From a virus (taxonomy: Duplodnaviria > Caudoviricetes): DNA of 64,000 bases. The translations under genes were made by a program, and so were the position numbers. Positions 1 through 9,022 of this stretch are shown piece by piece. The notes under the pieces are model-generated. The model made no database searches. It was not told the DNA's origin and saw nothing but the letters and a program-made list of their open reading frames with translations. Every line of letters starts with the position of its first letter. The stretch's first letter is position 1. The stretch spans positions 36,767 to 100,766 of IMG/VR virus record IMGVR_UViG_3300028048_000096; one strand, written 5' to 3'.

Positions 1-16
1 GAGCGTAATTTTGCTC

Positions 17-47
17 AAAAAAAGCACCCATATAAAGGGTGCTTTTA
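17..47 (-). terminator. Rho-independent terminator closing the left cassette
   Basis: AAAGCACCC-ATATAAA-GGGTGCTTT hairpin followed by a T-run on the minus strand, immediately after the stop of 51..560. Confidence 0.8.
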
Positions 48-50
48 TCT

Positions 51-560
51 TTAGTCCATCTTATTCATCATTTCTAAGATTGCTTTTCTTGTTTTTTCGT
101 CAGAAGCCGTTTCCATTAATTTTCTTAATTCCTGTTTCATTTCTTCAGGGTCGCTTCCATGCCTACTATATCCATCATTTGTATACATAGGATATATCAT
201 AGGATATCTATATGAATTACCCATATCATAATTCGATGAACCCATGCCGCGGCCGCCTTGTCCACCTTGACCACGGCCGCCCTGTGCGTAGGAATAATCT
301 CCATATGAATTCCAAGGGTCTCTCTGTCCGCCATATGTTCCATCGACATAATATCTACCCATAGAACGTTGACTATATCCACCCATCATCTCTTCTTTTT
401 CTGACTCAAGTTTTTCAATCTTCATTAAATTTTTTAATGAACCAGTTAAACCTTTTAATAACTCCACAGTTGCGGGAGTGTCAATTTCTTTCTTCTTCGC
501 AATACCTTCTAATTCTTTGCACACCATTTCTTGAAGGTCGCGTGAAACATATCTATCCAT
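51..560 (-). CDS. hypothetical protein with Gly/Tyr/Met-rich low-complexity middle (accessory cassette gene 6)
   Basis: 169-aa ORF; AGGAGG RBS upstream; helical ends flanking a YG/GRG-rich region. Confidence 0.8.
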   Translation of the reverse strand: MDRYVSRDLQEMVCKELEGIAKKKEIDTPATVELLKGLTGSLKNLMKIEKLESEKEEMMGGYSQRSMGRYYVDGTYGGQRDPWNSYGDYSYAQGGRGQGGQGGRGMGSSNYDMGNSYRYPMIYPMYTNDGYSRHGSDPEEMKQELRKLMETASDEKTRKAILEMMNKMD

Positions 561-572
561 ACTGAACCTCCT

Positions 573-1007
573 TTATGCTGTTCTTTCGACAATTAAATTG
601 GCATTTTGTACATTAATTGCTTGGTCAGAAGTATTTTCTACTGCTATTGTATAGCAGCATCCTCTGGGAACAGTTATATATAACTCCTCAGCAATATTCC
701 AATAAGAATCAACTACTGTAGGAGTTACAATTGCTGAACTTGTAGGCACTGGTTCACCATCAATTGCTAAAGCAACTGAAATTGGACCAGCAGTACCGTC
801 AGTAGGAACTGCAATATTTCCACCAAAGAAAATTCTATAACGTGCAAAACAACCACAAGAGTTATTAACAATACCGCGCAAAGTCACTATGCCGGAGCCC
901 TCTCTATGGAGTACGTAGCCTCTATTACAAGGAACTGCGGTTTCGGTAAACAAGATATTTTGACCAGCAGCTACTTCTTGAACTGCATTACTTGTAAATT
1001 CCGCCAT
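573..1007 (-). CDS. beta-rich hypothetical protein, possibly BclA-C/TNF-like fold (cassette gene 5)
   Basis: GGAGG RBS at 1016-1020 favours the start MAEFTSN at 1007; alternating beta pattern, Cys pairs; the fold assignment is inference. Confidence 0.7.
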   Translation of the reverse strand: MAEFTSNAVQEVAAGQNILFTETAVPCNRGYVLHREGSGIVTLRGIVNNSCGCFARYRIFFGGNIAVPTDGTAGPISVALAIDGEPVPTSSAIVTPTVVDSYWNIAEELYITVPRGCCYTIAVENTSDQAINVQNANLIVERTA

Positions 1008-1024
1008 TGTTAACACCTCCCTAA

Positions 1025-1792
1025 TTAGAAACTACCACAGCCGCAGCCATAGTTAGTCTGTCCACAGCAATTAGGGTTCTGTACTACATATGCAGGAACA
1101 GGTGTGGGATTCAGATACTGTTCAAGCGCAACCGTCTGAGCCGCATTATCTGCAAGAATTCTTGCGGTCTGTGCGGTCTGTGAAGCCTGCATATTAGCAA
1201 GGTTAATCTGTGTTTGAAGATTTGCGTTTTGAGTTTTAAGTGCATCAATTTCTTGCTGACAAAGTTTATCAATGATTGTTTGGATGCCTGCATTCTGATT
1301 TGCAATGATGTCACGAACGCCATCGCTAACAGCAGCACGGTCTGCGCATGCTTCTCTAGCAATATCTGCACCAAGGTTGGCAAGTCCAAGCCTATTTTCG
1401 CAGCAACAATCTTGGAAATTAGAAGCTAAATTACTCATCATTGCTGTTGTAGCAACCTGATTTGCATTTAAAGTTTGAAGAATGTTTGCCTGAGAATTAC
1501 ATCTTGATACTTCAGCATTAGCAAAACCATTGCCTACTGCAGTTGCAAGATTTCCAAGAGAATTCATAACTGCACTCTGGTCAAATCCTCTCTGAACATC
1601 AGATACTACATAAGTCGCACCATCACCGCTTCCGTTATTTCCGCCAAAACCTCCGCGATTCCAGCCGCCAGCAAAAGCAAATAAGAAAAGAACGATTAAC
1701 CACCAGGCGCCTCCTTCTCCTCCAAATCCATCTCTGCCACCAGTTACAGCAGCGATATCAGATACACTAAGTCCACCATCAGTTAAAGACAT
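1025..1792 (-). CDS. membrane-anchored coiled-coil, Cys-rich hypothetical protein (cassette gene 4)
   Basis: hydrophobic WWLIVLFLFAF between Gly-rich linkers, heptad region, CCC motif, C-terminal CCG..GCGCG; AGGAGG RBS. Confidence 0.8.
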   Translation of the reverse strand: MSLTDGGLSVSDIAAVTGGRDGFGGEGGAWWLIVLFLFAFAGGWNRGGFGGNNGSGDGATYVVSDVQRGFDQSAVMNSLGNLATAVGNGFANAEVSRCNSQANILQTLNANQVATTAMMSNLASNFQDCCCENRLGLANLGADIAREACADRAAVSDGVRDIIANQNAGIQTIIDKLCQQEIDALKTQNANLQTQINLANMQASQTAQTARILADNAAQTVALEQYLNPTPVPAYVVQNPNCCGQTNYGCGCGSF

Positions 1793-1856
1793 TTTATTTT
1801 CCTCCTATAAGATAAAAGATATAACCTATCTCATAGAGAGGATTGGAAATTTATTT

Positions 1857-2072
1857 CTAAAATAAAAACGCGCGCAATTGGTCAGCCTGTTCCGCTAGTT
1901 GTTTGAACTGTTCCTGACTCATTTGCCCGCTACGAAGTAGTGATTGAACTTGTTGCTTGGGGTCGCCTTTAAACATTGACTTAAACTCATTAAACTGAGT
2001 AAGCATTTGTTTAAGGTCATTACCCTGATTTATTCGTTGTGGGCCCAAAATATTAAATAACGAATTGTTCAT
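1857..2072 (-). CDS. small Gln/Met-rich hypothetical protein (cassette gene 3)
   Basis: 71 aa, GGAGG RBS, overlaps upstream gene end. Confidence 0.7.
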   Translation of the reverse strand: MNNSLFNILGPQRINQGNDLKQMLTQFNEFKSMFKGDPKQQVQSLLRSGQMSQEQFKQLAEQADQLRAFLF

Positions 2073-2454
2073 TCTTCTTACCTCCTTTAGATTTAAGGAG
2101 TTCTTCGAGTTTGCTTATGCGCTCCTCGAATTCGTCTTTTGTAACGAAAGAAGTCTGTCCAATCTTTGACGTTGACTCTTGCGACTCCGCAGTTATCTCT
2201 TTGAATTCAAAGACTCTTAACGGACGTGGCATTCCACTAAGTTCAGTGGTTTTGATGTAAAAGACATCTCTCTCCGAGTCCATTAACACAGCACTAGTTC
2301 CTGGGTTAATCGCACAAGCTCGCGCACCTGCTTCACCCTGAACCCATTTAATGCCGTTATCCGAAGTTGTTTGAGTCGGCGCCATATATGTATTTTGGGC
2401 TTGACTTAAAGGCGTATATGTATACGCCGGATAATACGTGTTGTTTACTGCCAT
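2053..2454 (-). CDS. hypothetical protein (cassette gene 2)
   Basis: start MAVNN at 2454 is preferred (RBS GAGAGG, abuts the upstream stop); WVQGEAGA...LMDSE...FYIK core. Confidence 0.75.
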   Translation of the reverse strand: MAVNNTYYPAYTYTPLSQAQNTYMAPTQTTSDNGIKWVQGEAGARACAINPGTSAVLMDSERDVFYIKTTELSGMPRPLRVFEFKEITAESQESTSKIGQTSFVTKDEFEERISKLEELLKSKGGKKNEQFVI

Positions 2455-2455
2455 T

Positions 2456-2836
2456 TTATCTGCCTCTCTCAAAATAATAAATTGGGATTTCACTGCCCGA
2501 ATCCCACGAGTCGTAGTAGTCTCCATCTACTACCGCAATAACGTGTTCGCCAGTGCCGAGTACATAACTGCCTACTGGATGGTCAATACAGAACTCTCTA
2601 ACTGTATAACAATCAGGACAAGTTTCTGGTATGGTGCGGCGTACGAAACCTTGTGAGCGTAAAAACTCACCCCATACACGGTTTGCTGACGGCATATCGT
2701 ACATTTGGTATCCTTGACTTACTAGTCGAAGATACGTTTGTCTCCAATCTCTCTCTATGATTTTGGAAATTGCGCGAATTGTGCAATCCCCAACCGATAG
2801 GCCCAAAGGATTTGGGTTGTAGTATCTATACCCCAT
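2456..2836 (-). CDS. hypothetical protein with Cys-His-Asp signature (cassette gene 1)
   Basis: GDCTIRAI, HVIAV and YYDSWDS motifs resemble a papain-like triad (inference); AGGAGG RBS. Confidence 0.75.
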   Translation of the reverse strand: MGYRYYNPNPLGLSVGDCTIRAISKIIERDWRQTYLRLVSQGYQMYDMPSANRVWGEFLRSQGFVRRTIPETCPDCYTVREFCIDHPVGSYVLGTGEHVIAVVDGDYYDSWDSGSEIPIYYFERGR

Positions 2837-2941
2837 AATACTACCTCCTTTCTTTGTGCCTAAATTTAAGTAGAAAAATAAAAAGACGCCTATATAAAAT
2901 AGACGTCAAAAACTAACAAATTTGTGTTAATTTATAATAAA

Positions 2942-3178
2942 TTACATTGAAGGTACTTCATGAGTTGTTGAGCCATCAATATGCTTATAACTTTCTGCTC
3001 TAATGGCGCGCCCGTCATCAGTTAAAATAAAAGCGGTGTGAATAGGAACATCACTAATCGCAGCCGAAGCTAAGATTTGATGGAATTTGCTATCTGCAGC
3101 GAACTCATCTTCAAATTGATTGATAAGTGTTGCAACTTGACCTTCAGAATTTGTTTGAGTTTCAAGAACAATGTACAT
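2942..3178 (-). CDS. small hypothetical protein at end of fibre cluster
   Basis: 78 aa, AAGGAG RBS. Confidence 0.7.
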   Translation of the reverse strand: MYIVLETQTNSEGQVATLINQFEDEFAADSKFHQILASAAISDVPIHTAFILTDDGRAIRAESYKHIDGSTTHEVPSM

Positions 3179-3190
3179 TTTAATTCTCCT

Positions 3191-3985
3191 TTAACTATAT
3201 AACCAAGAGCTACCATCGTATAGTCGGGATATATATTCTGTTCGCACCCATTGAGTCCCGTTGTAAACCCAAGACTCTTCAATTGGATACCACCCGTCAT
3301 CAATATATATAAATTTTTGTGTTGGCGCAATCATTAATGCTTCTTTCCACTGTGCATATATTGTGCCACCGCCACTTACGCTATAACTATCGCCTGGATA
3401 ATATTTAGTACCACTTCCATTTTTATTAGCTGTCCAATATAAGAATTGATAACCCATACGTGTCGGTTGATTATATGCGTTAACTGTAGCAGGCGTTGAA
3501 GATGTATATGTCTGAGCTTCAGGTTCTGCCCAACCTCCGTTAGCATCATAATTCAAATAATATGTGGTTGCTGCCGCTGCAGGGACTGTAATTGAAATAG
3601 AGCCTGTTGCAGGATTAGGTGAACCTCCGCTATACGCAAAGCTTACTTGAAGCGTCTTTGTCTGGGCGCTGGAAGTACGGGTGAAACTAACCGACGTTGA
3701 AGTAGTTGACCACGGTATGAGCTTATACTCTGTAGTGCAATACACACTCCCCTGTGACTTACTTGCTGAACCTAACGATGTCCCACCACATGTTGCAGAA
3801 ACCGTTCCAGTGGTGGTGTAGGTGTACGTACCTGCGTATTGATTGGTGTAGTAGGCTACTCCAATCTCGGAAACTGTAACAGTTGTTGCACTACTGCTTG
3901 TAGATACGCTGTATTTGATGTATCCGCGTCTTCGTCCGTGTGTGATACCCGAAACGGTCATCTCCGCTGTGTATAAAATAGCCAT
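3191..3985 (-). CDS. putative fibre/adhesin with InlB B-repeat (Listeria-Bacteroides repeat)-like domain
   Basis: YDANGG...PTRMGYQFLYWT...IYAQW motif; Thr/Ser-rich Ig-like N-terminal half. Confidence 0.65.
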   Translation of the reverse strand: MAILYTAEMTVSGITHGRRRGYIKYSVSTSSSATTVTVSEIGVAYYTNQYAGTYTYTTTGTVSATCGGTSLGSASKSQGSVYCTTEYKLIPWSTTSTSVSFTRTSSAQTKTLQVSFAYSGGSPNPATGSISITVPAAAATTYYLNYDANGGWAEPEAQTYTSSTPATVNAYNQPTRMGYQFLYWTANKNGSGTKYYPGDSYSVSGGGTIYAQWKEALMIAPTQKFIYIDDGWYPIEESWVYNGTQWVRTEYISRLYDGSSWLYS

Positions 3986-3995
3986 TGTTTACACC

Positions 3996-4664
3996 TCAGA
4001 ATAATTTAATGTATGAATAATGTAACTCACCTGTCGACATACTACCTGACGATACTGCTGCCGTGAACGAAATAGTTGTTGATGCATCGGTACACTGTAC
4101 GAGTCCGCAACCGTTTTGAATGAGACCGGATGTTGTACCCGGGGCTGCACGAACTTGAGTGATGGTATTAGCACCTGCCTTCAAATCCCAACGACAAGTA
4201 CCTTCTGTATATCCACCACCATAGTTGATTTGGAAAGTTATGAGATAGAGCCCAGGCGGTAACGTGAATCTATGCATCTCCGTCGTGGTGGTTGTAATAG
4301 TGTTAGGCAATGCAGGAGTAGTAGTTCTGGTTAAGTTAACTCTCGGCTGGAACGTATAGGCTGACGCGCCCGTTTGAAAATAAACGGTTCCAGTTGTTGC
4401 ACTACCTGTCGGAGGATCACTTCCATATTTTATATTAGTAATCTTCTCCGTTGTTCCATCTGTAGCTGCAGCTTGTGCTGAAATCGTACCTGAAAAAGTT
4501 TTATTTCCCGAAAATGTCTGCGCGCCAGTGGTCACCAAAACTCCATTTTGAGGGGTTAAATATAACTGATTTTCATTAATAGTACCACCAGATGAGGCAG
4601 TATTATACTGTGCTTGTGTTAGATAGTTAATTACTAATGTATCTAAATTTGTTGTTGTTGACAT
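3996..4664 (-). CDS. putative tail fibre protein
   Basis: N-terminal INYLTQAQY...NQLYLTP and QTFSGNKTF fibre motifs; beta-rich C-terminal domain. Confidence 0.6.
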   Translation of the reverse strand: MSTTTNLDTLVINYLTQAQYNTASSGGTINENQLYLTPQNGVLVTTGAQTFSGNKTFSGTISAQAAATDGTTEKITNIKYGSDPPTGSATTGTVYFQTGASAYTFQPRVNLTRTTTPALPNTITTTTTEMHRFTLPPGLYLITFQINYGGGYTEGTCRWDLKAGANTITQVRAAPGTTSGLIQNGCGLVQCTDASTTISFTAAVSSGSMSTGELHYSYIKLF

Positions 4665-4677
4665 TTGCTTACCTCTC

Positions 4678-5463
4678 TTATGATGAGTATGCTACAGCAT
4701 ATTTATATAATGTTGAAGCCATAAGACCATAACTCGTACCAGCTACATATACTTTCATTGTTTTCGCATCTGAAAATCTCATAAATAAAGTATTTGATGC
4801 TGATGGTTTAGACGAACTATAAAAATTAATAGTTGAACTTCCCGAATTTGTGTAAGAAGTCGCTGAAGAAGTACTGCTCTTATATCTTGTATAAATATGA
4901 CCATAATTTTCAGTACCGCTTGTACCATATGTTGGAGTAGAATTATATGGTTTTACAACTGATGCCATACCAATAGCATATCTCTGAATGGTACTGCTCC
5001 AAGTAGTACTCGTATCATACATATCTGGACTTACTTCAAGAAAGACCATTATAGGATAACCCGTCCCCGTATATGGAATATTGACTGTTTGAATAGAACC
5101 AGTTGTAGAACTTGTTGTGAAAGTACCAGTTATAAGATTAGACGCGCCGCCAGCTGGAATTGTATAGTATAAGGCAGTATTGTTATAGCCTACGGGAATA
5201 TTCAAATACTGTACTGATGAACCAGGTGATAATGTAGCTCTATATACTCCCGAAGAAGTAGAAGACATAGCACTCGGTGGAGTTATGGTTGACATCGCAT
5301 TAATTTGCACACTTTCCAAACCGTCATAACCACTATCAAAAGTAATTAGTTGAGAGGAAGTAGAAGGATTAATGCCTGTCTTTGTTTGTAAAACTGGGGC
5401 ACTACTAGTGCCATCACCCTCAACTGTTGGCACGACTAAATGTGAACCTAAATATAAACTCAT
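4678..5463 (-). CDS. Ser/Thr-rich putative fibre/decoration protein
   Basis: LQTKTGINPSTSSQLITFDSGYDGLESVQI motif; composition and context. Confidence 0.55.
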   Translation of the reverse strand: MSLYLGSHLVVPTVEGDGTSSAPVLQTKTGINPSTSSQLITFDSGYDGLESVQINAMSTITPPSAMSSTSSGVYRATLSPGSSVQYLNIPVGYNNTALYYTIPAGGASNLITGTFTTSSTTGSIQTVNIPYTGTGYPIMVFLEVSPDMYDTSTTWSSTIQRYAIGMASVVKPYNSTPTYGTSGTENYGHIYTRYKSSTSSATSYTNSGSSTINFYSSSKPSASNTLFMRFSDAKTMKVYVAGTSYGLMASTLYKYAVAYSS

Positions 5464-5464
5464 G

Positions 5465-6208
5465 CTACCACCTCACAATTTGTGCTGGACTTGCAATCGC
5501 AGCCACACCACTGGTTACAACCGAAGTGCCACCGACGGTTACATCAGTTACACCACCAGTTTGAACTTGTGCCCAAGTCGGCGCACCACTTCCATTCGAT
5601 TTTAGTACATACCCAGATGTACCTGCAGTTGTGGGTGCATAAAAGCTTGGAGAGGTTGTTGCAGTACCATTAAGAGTAATTGTTGGTACAGTTGGAATTG
5701 AAGGTATATCGCTAGTTAAGGCAATTGTTCCAGTAGCGTCAGGCAAAGTAAGTATAATATTACTAGTTGCGCTAGGATTTATTATTGTTTGTCCTTTGCT
5801 AGTTCCATTATTTGCCAATCCTAGCCCACCAGCGTATGCCCCAGATGCGCTACCAACGGTTAAATATGTCGGCCCGCCACTATTTCTATAGGCGGTAATA
5901 TCTGGAACATAATATTTATTTGCTGCTGTAGTCTCTGCTGGGCCGCTTAATAGGTAAGATGTTGTACCAGTCGATAATGACGTCGTTTTTAATTTTTCAT
6001 CAGAATCAGTTGTAATAAAACCACTATCATTAGTTAAATGTGATGTTTTAGTTGGAATATTCGTTGTGATAATTCCACTAGTCACTGTTTGGGCGCCAGC
6101 GATATGACTTCCCGCGGTTGTCGTCATTCCAGTAACATAACCACTAACGGTATCTTTTATGTTATAAGTATTACCATCAGGTAATTTAATTCGACTTACA
6201 TCTGCCAT
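5465..6208 (-). CDS. putative tail fibre protein
   Basis: IPTKTSHLTNDSGFIT, LTLPDATGTIALTSDIP and GTSGYVLKSNGSGAPTW fibre motifs. Confidence 0.65.
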   Translation of the reverse strand: MADVSRIKLPDGNTYNIKDTVSGYVTGMTTTAGSHIAGAQTVTSGIITTNIPTKTSHLTNDSGFITTDSDEKLKTTSLSTGTTSYLLSGPAETTAANKYYVPDITAYRNSGGPTYLTVGSASGAYAGGLGLANNGTSKGQTIINPSATSNIILTLPDATGTIALTSDIPSIPTVPTITLNGTATTSPSFYAPTTAGTSGYVLKSNGSGAPTWAQVQTGGVTDVTVGGTSVVTSGVAAIASPAQIVRW

Positions 6209-6285
6209 TTTGATTCTCCTTTTACTCCGACATTGATGCGCGGCCAGTCAGTGAAATGACCGACCGCGCTACATCTATTTATAAA

Positions 6286-8118
6286 TTATTCATTACCTTT
6301 AGTTACGCTGACATCAGTTGCATTTGTAAGCACAGTAACACTATCCTTATTATTCCAAGCAGTATTTGCACCACTTGCGGTAGCTTTAATCTTAGAAGTT
6401 GTAAGCTCTTGTACGAATTTCTGACGTCCTGTTGCTGTACTATCTTCTGCGCTAAGAGTAACAGTCGGTTGTGTAACTGAACTAATACCATTAACAAGAC
6501 TGATAACACCAGTACCAGCTGTAGCATTTTTGGCAAGAGCAATTGTAGGTTGAGCCGTAACTTTTACTCCAGTTAAGGCCGCGGCCGTTGTCGGTGTACC
6601 AAGTCCAGTAAGTGCACTTGCAGAAGAACCAATTGTTACTCCAGTTACAACTGCAGCACCTGTTCCTTCTTCATCTGTTTCACCTGTCGCAACAGTAACA
6701 GCAGTACCTACCTTAGCAACCGTCTTATCACTAATTGTAACTGCAGTTACTATATCACTACCAGTACCCGTAGATGCGACTGAACCTGTAGCCACTGTAA
6801 CCGCAGAACCAGCCTTTGCGACTGTCTTATCACTAATAGTTACACCCGTAACGATATCACTTCCAGTTCCTGTATCTGATACAGCGCCCGTGGCAACAGT
6901 TACTGCTGAACCAGCTTTTGCTACGGTTTTATCACTAATTGTAACCGCAGTTACTACGTCACTACCAGTGCCTGTGGATGCAACAGCACCTGTCGCAACA
7001 GTTTTTGCTGTACCTAAAGTAACTTTTGAAGCGGTATTTGCAGTACCTAATACCGTATTTGTAGCACTTACATCACTACCATTACCACCACCAATTATAA
7101 GGGTTTCTGTTTCTCCCGTTGCGGTTCCCATTTGGAAAGTCCAGGTTGATTTATTTGCAGTTACTGAAGAATTTCCTGTAATATTTGGCACAGATACATC
7201 TGTATTGCCCGTAACATTAGGTACTGTTGTAGTGACTAATTTACTTGCGGTTTTAGTTACTTTAGAAACACTTTCTGTTCCATTAGTGGGAACAATACTC
7301 GTAGTAACTAACTTACTTGCAGTTTGGGTCACTTTAGAAACGCTTTCGGTTCCATTAGTTGGCGTAATACTTGTCGTAACAAGTTTACTCGCAGTTTTAG
7401 TTACTTTAGAAACACTTTCTGTTCCATTAGTAGGAACAATACTTGTAGTAACTAAATTCTTTCCCGTTTCTGCAGAAACAGATTTAACAAACGTATCAGT
7501 CGTAGCATTTGGAAAACCAGTTATAGCATTTGCGGTTCCATTTGCACCAACTGCGGTACCACTTGCAGTAGCTTTTACGTTTGTAGTTGATGGAGTTACT
7601 GCAGTACCACTTGCAGTGGCTGCCATATACTTTGTTGTTCCACCTTTTACATAACTTACATTACCATTTGTGGAATCTTCGGCAAGTGTAATAGTGGGCT
7701 GAGTAATTTTAAAGGTAGCATCTGAACCGATTACTGTATCCGTAGCCTTTGATAAATCAACATCAGTAACAATATCAGATAAATCAATTTGGGTATCACC
7801 AATTTTTTCCCAAGCTCTTGAACCGCTTTCACCTACTGGTACATACTCATCATAATGGTCACTTACACCAGCTAATGTTGAAGACCTAACCAAATAAAAC
7901 GCACCAGGCGTTGCATCATCTGCCGCAAGGGTACCTGTATAACTCGTTCCATTGTAAGTAACTACAATTCCCTCTGGAATCTTAGTTACGTCAGGAGTAC
8001 TTGTACCATCCCAGCCTATAATAAAAGATACACCACCCGAAATCATTTCACGGGCGACCGCGTCTTTTATGTCATATACATTACCACTAGGTAATTTAAT
8101 TCTACTAATATCAGGCAT
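6286..8118 (-). CDS. Thr/Val/Ala-rich repeat fibre-like protein (610 aa)
   Basis: N-terminus shared with 5465..6208; YDEYV..WEKIGDT motif; two internal tandem repeat sets. Confidence 0.65.
   Translation of the reverse strand: MPDISRIKLPSGNVYDIKDAVAREMISGGVSFIIGWDGTSTPDVTKIPEGIVVTYNGTSYTGTLAADDATPGAFYLVRSSTLAGVSDHYDEYVPVGESGSRAWEKIGDTQIDLSDIVTDVDLSKATDTVIGSDATFKITQPTITLAEDSTNGNVSYVKGGTTKYMAATASGTAVTPSTTNVKATASGTAVGANGTANAITGFPNATTDTFVKSVSAETGKNLVTTSIVPTNGTESVSKVTKTASKLVTTSITPTNGTESVSKVTQTASKLVTTSIVPTNGTESVSKVTKTASKLVTTTVPNVTGNTDVSVPNITGNSSVTANKSTWTFQMGTATGETETLIIGGGNGSDVSATNTVLGTANTASKVTLGTAKTVATGAVASTGTGSDVVTAVTISDKTVAKAGSAVTVATGAVSDTGTGSDIVTGVTISDKTVAKAGSAVTVATGSVASTGTGSDIVTAVTISDKTVAKVGTAVTVATGETDEEGTGAAVVTGVTIGSSASALTGLGTPTTAAALTGVKVTAQPTIALAKNATAGTGVISLVNGISSVTQPTVTLSAEDSTATGRQKFVQELTTSKIKATASGANTAWNNKDSVTVLTNATDVSVTKGNE
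6690..7000 (-). repeat. 3 x 102-bp (34-aa) intragenic tandem repeat plus a partial fourth
   Basis: TVATGxVxxTGTGSD(V/I)VT(A/G)VTISDKTVAKxGxAV repeated; coordinates approximate. Confidence 0.85.
7235..7455 (-). repeat. 3 x 72-bp (24-aa) intragenic tandem repeat
   Basis: LVTTSI(V/T)PTNGTESVSKVT(K/Q)TASK repeated; coordinates approximate. Confidence 0.85.
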
Positions 8119-8131
8119 TTGTATCTCTCCT

Positions 8132-8524
8132 TTAATTCCTATTTAAAATTAGTACCTCATCAGATAATTCATCACGAATTATATCTTCAGAGTCATCTAT
8201 ATTTATTTTATTATTCCAAAATAATTTTTCTTGAAGAGTAACATGGATATCGTGATTATTAATATGTTCCATTAAGATATCCCTTGTTTTCTCATCTACA
8301 AATGGCAAATCTTGAACATACGCATTCCCTGTTCCAACTTTTATATTTGGAATCTCTACCGTCTTTGTAATTGTCTCACCATACTCTTCAACTGTATATG
8401 TTTTTGTTTCATAATCAGTGTAAACGATAACCTCCCCTGCAAGAGGAATAAATCCTTGTGCATTATTCCAATGCTCGGTTGTATCTCGTTTTAATTGAAT
8501 TCTTGTATTAACTGTAGCACTCAT
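8132..8524 (-). CDS. Mtd-N/hyaluronidase-N-like fibre attachment domain protein
   Basis: RIQLKRDTTEHW...PLAGEV...IKVGTG...DLPF pattern. Confidence 0.65.
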   Translation of the reverse strand: MSATVNTRIQLKRDTTEHWNNAQGFIPLAGEVIVYTDYETKTYTVEEYGETITKTVEIPNIKVGTGNAYVQDLPFVDEKTRDILMEHINNHDIHVTLQEKLFWNNKINIDDSEDIIRDELSDEVLILNRN

Positions 8525-8847
8525 ATCCCACCTCCAATATTTGTGGTACTAGTGCCACAATCTAAAATTAAATCATCTAATCGAATTGCCTTATCTTCAA
8601 TTATAATTCCATTCCCAGCAGAATATAATCCTTGCTCAATTAATTCCATTATTTCTTCATATTCACTTTGAAATAAATATTCAATCTCTGACCAAGGATG
8701 TATTCCATCACCTATTTTCAGCTTATTAACGTCTGTTGAATATGCTGGTTCACCAAGTCTTAAAATCGGATTAGCTTCAATCCATTCTGGTTCTGTGGCG
8801 CGGCGCAGTTGAATTATAGCCTTTACATGTCTTGTTTTAGTAGCCAT
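8521..8847 (-). CDS. Mtd-N/hyaluronidase-N-like fibre attachment domain protein
   Basis: IQLRRAT..EW..ANPILRLGEP...KLKIGDG..PWS; start MATK at 8847 is preferred. Confidence 0.65.
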   Translation of the reverse strand: MATKTRHVKAIIQLRRATEPEWIEANPILRLGEPAYSTDVNKLKIGDGIHPWSEIEYLFQSEYEEIMELIEQGLYSAGNGIIIEDKAIRLDDLILDCGTSTTNIGGGI

Positions 8848-9013
8848 ACCCCTCAACACCTCCACCATCATAAATAATTACCTCATCATAATATACATCT
8901 TCAGGTTTGGTATTATTTATGTCAATTTTATTTTCTAAAACGGTAGAAGTCTTATGAAGCTTAACCTTAAAATCTTGGTTACTATTAAAAACTGTTTTAA
9001 ATACCTTCTCCAT
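8837..9013 (-). CDS. 58-aa hypothetical protein not in the ORF track
   Basis: MEKVFKTV...YDGGGVEGYGY*, AAGGAG RBS, fills the gap between flanking genes. Confidence 0.65.
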   Translation of the reverse strand: MEKVFKTVFNSNQDFKVKLHKTSTVLENKIDINNTKPEDVYYDEVIIYDGGGVEGYGY

Positions 9014-9022
9014 TTTAGCTCC

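Noticed and set aside
6220-6280. Hammerhead ribozyme (TGATG...GAAA on the plus strand)
   Set aside because: Lacks CUGANGA and the three-stem arrangement; kept only as a generic hairpin.
6690-7455. Tandem repeats as a CRISPR array
   Set aside because: They are in-frame coding repeats with synonymous variation and no unique spacers.
6890-7654. 254-aa plus-strand ORF
   Set aside because: Antisense shadow of the Thr/Val repeat gene; no RBS or independent motif.
3191-8871. Diversity-generating retroelement suggested by the Mtd-N-like domains
   Set aside because: No reverse transcriptase and no TR/VR repeat pair seen in this window.
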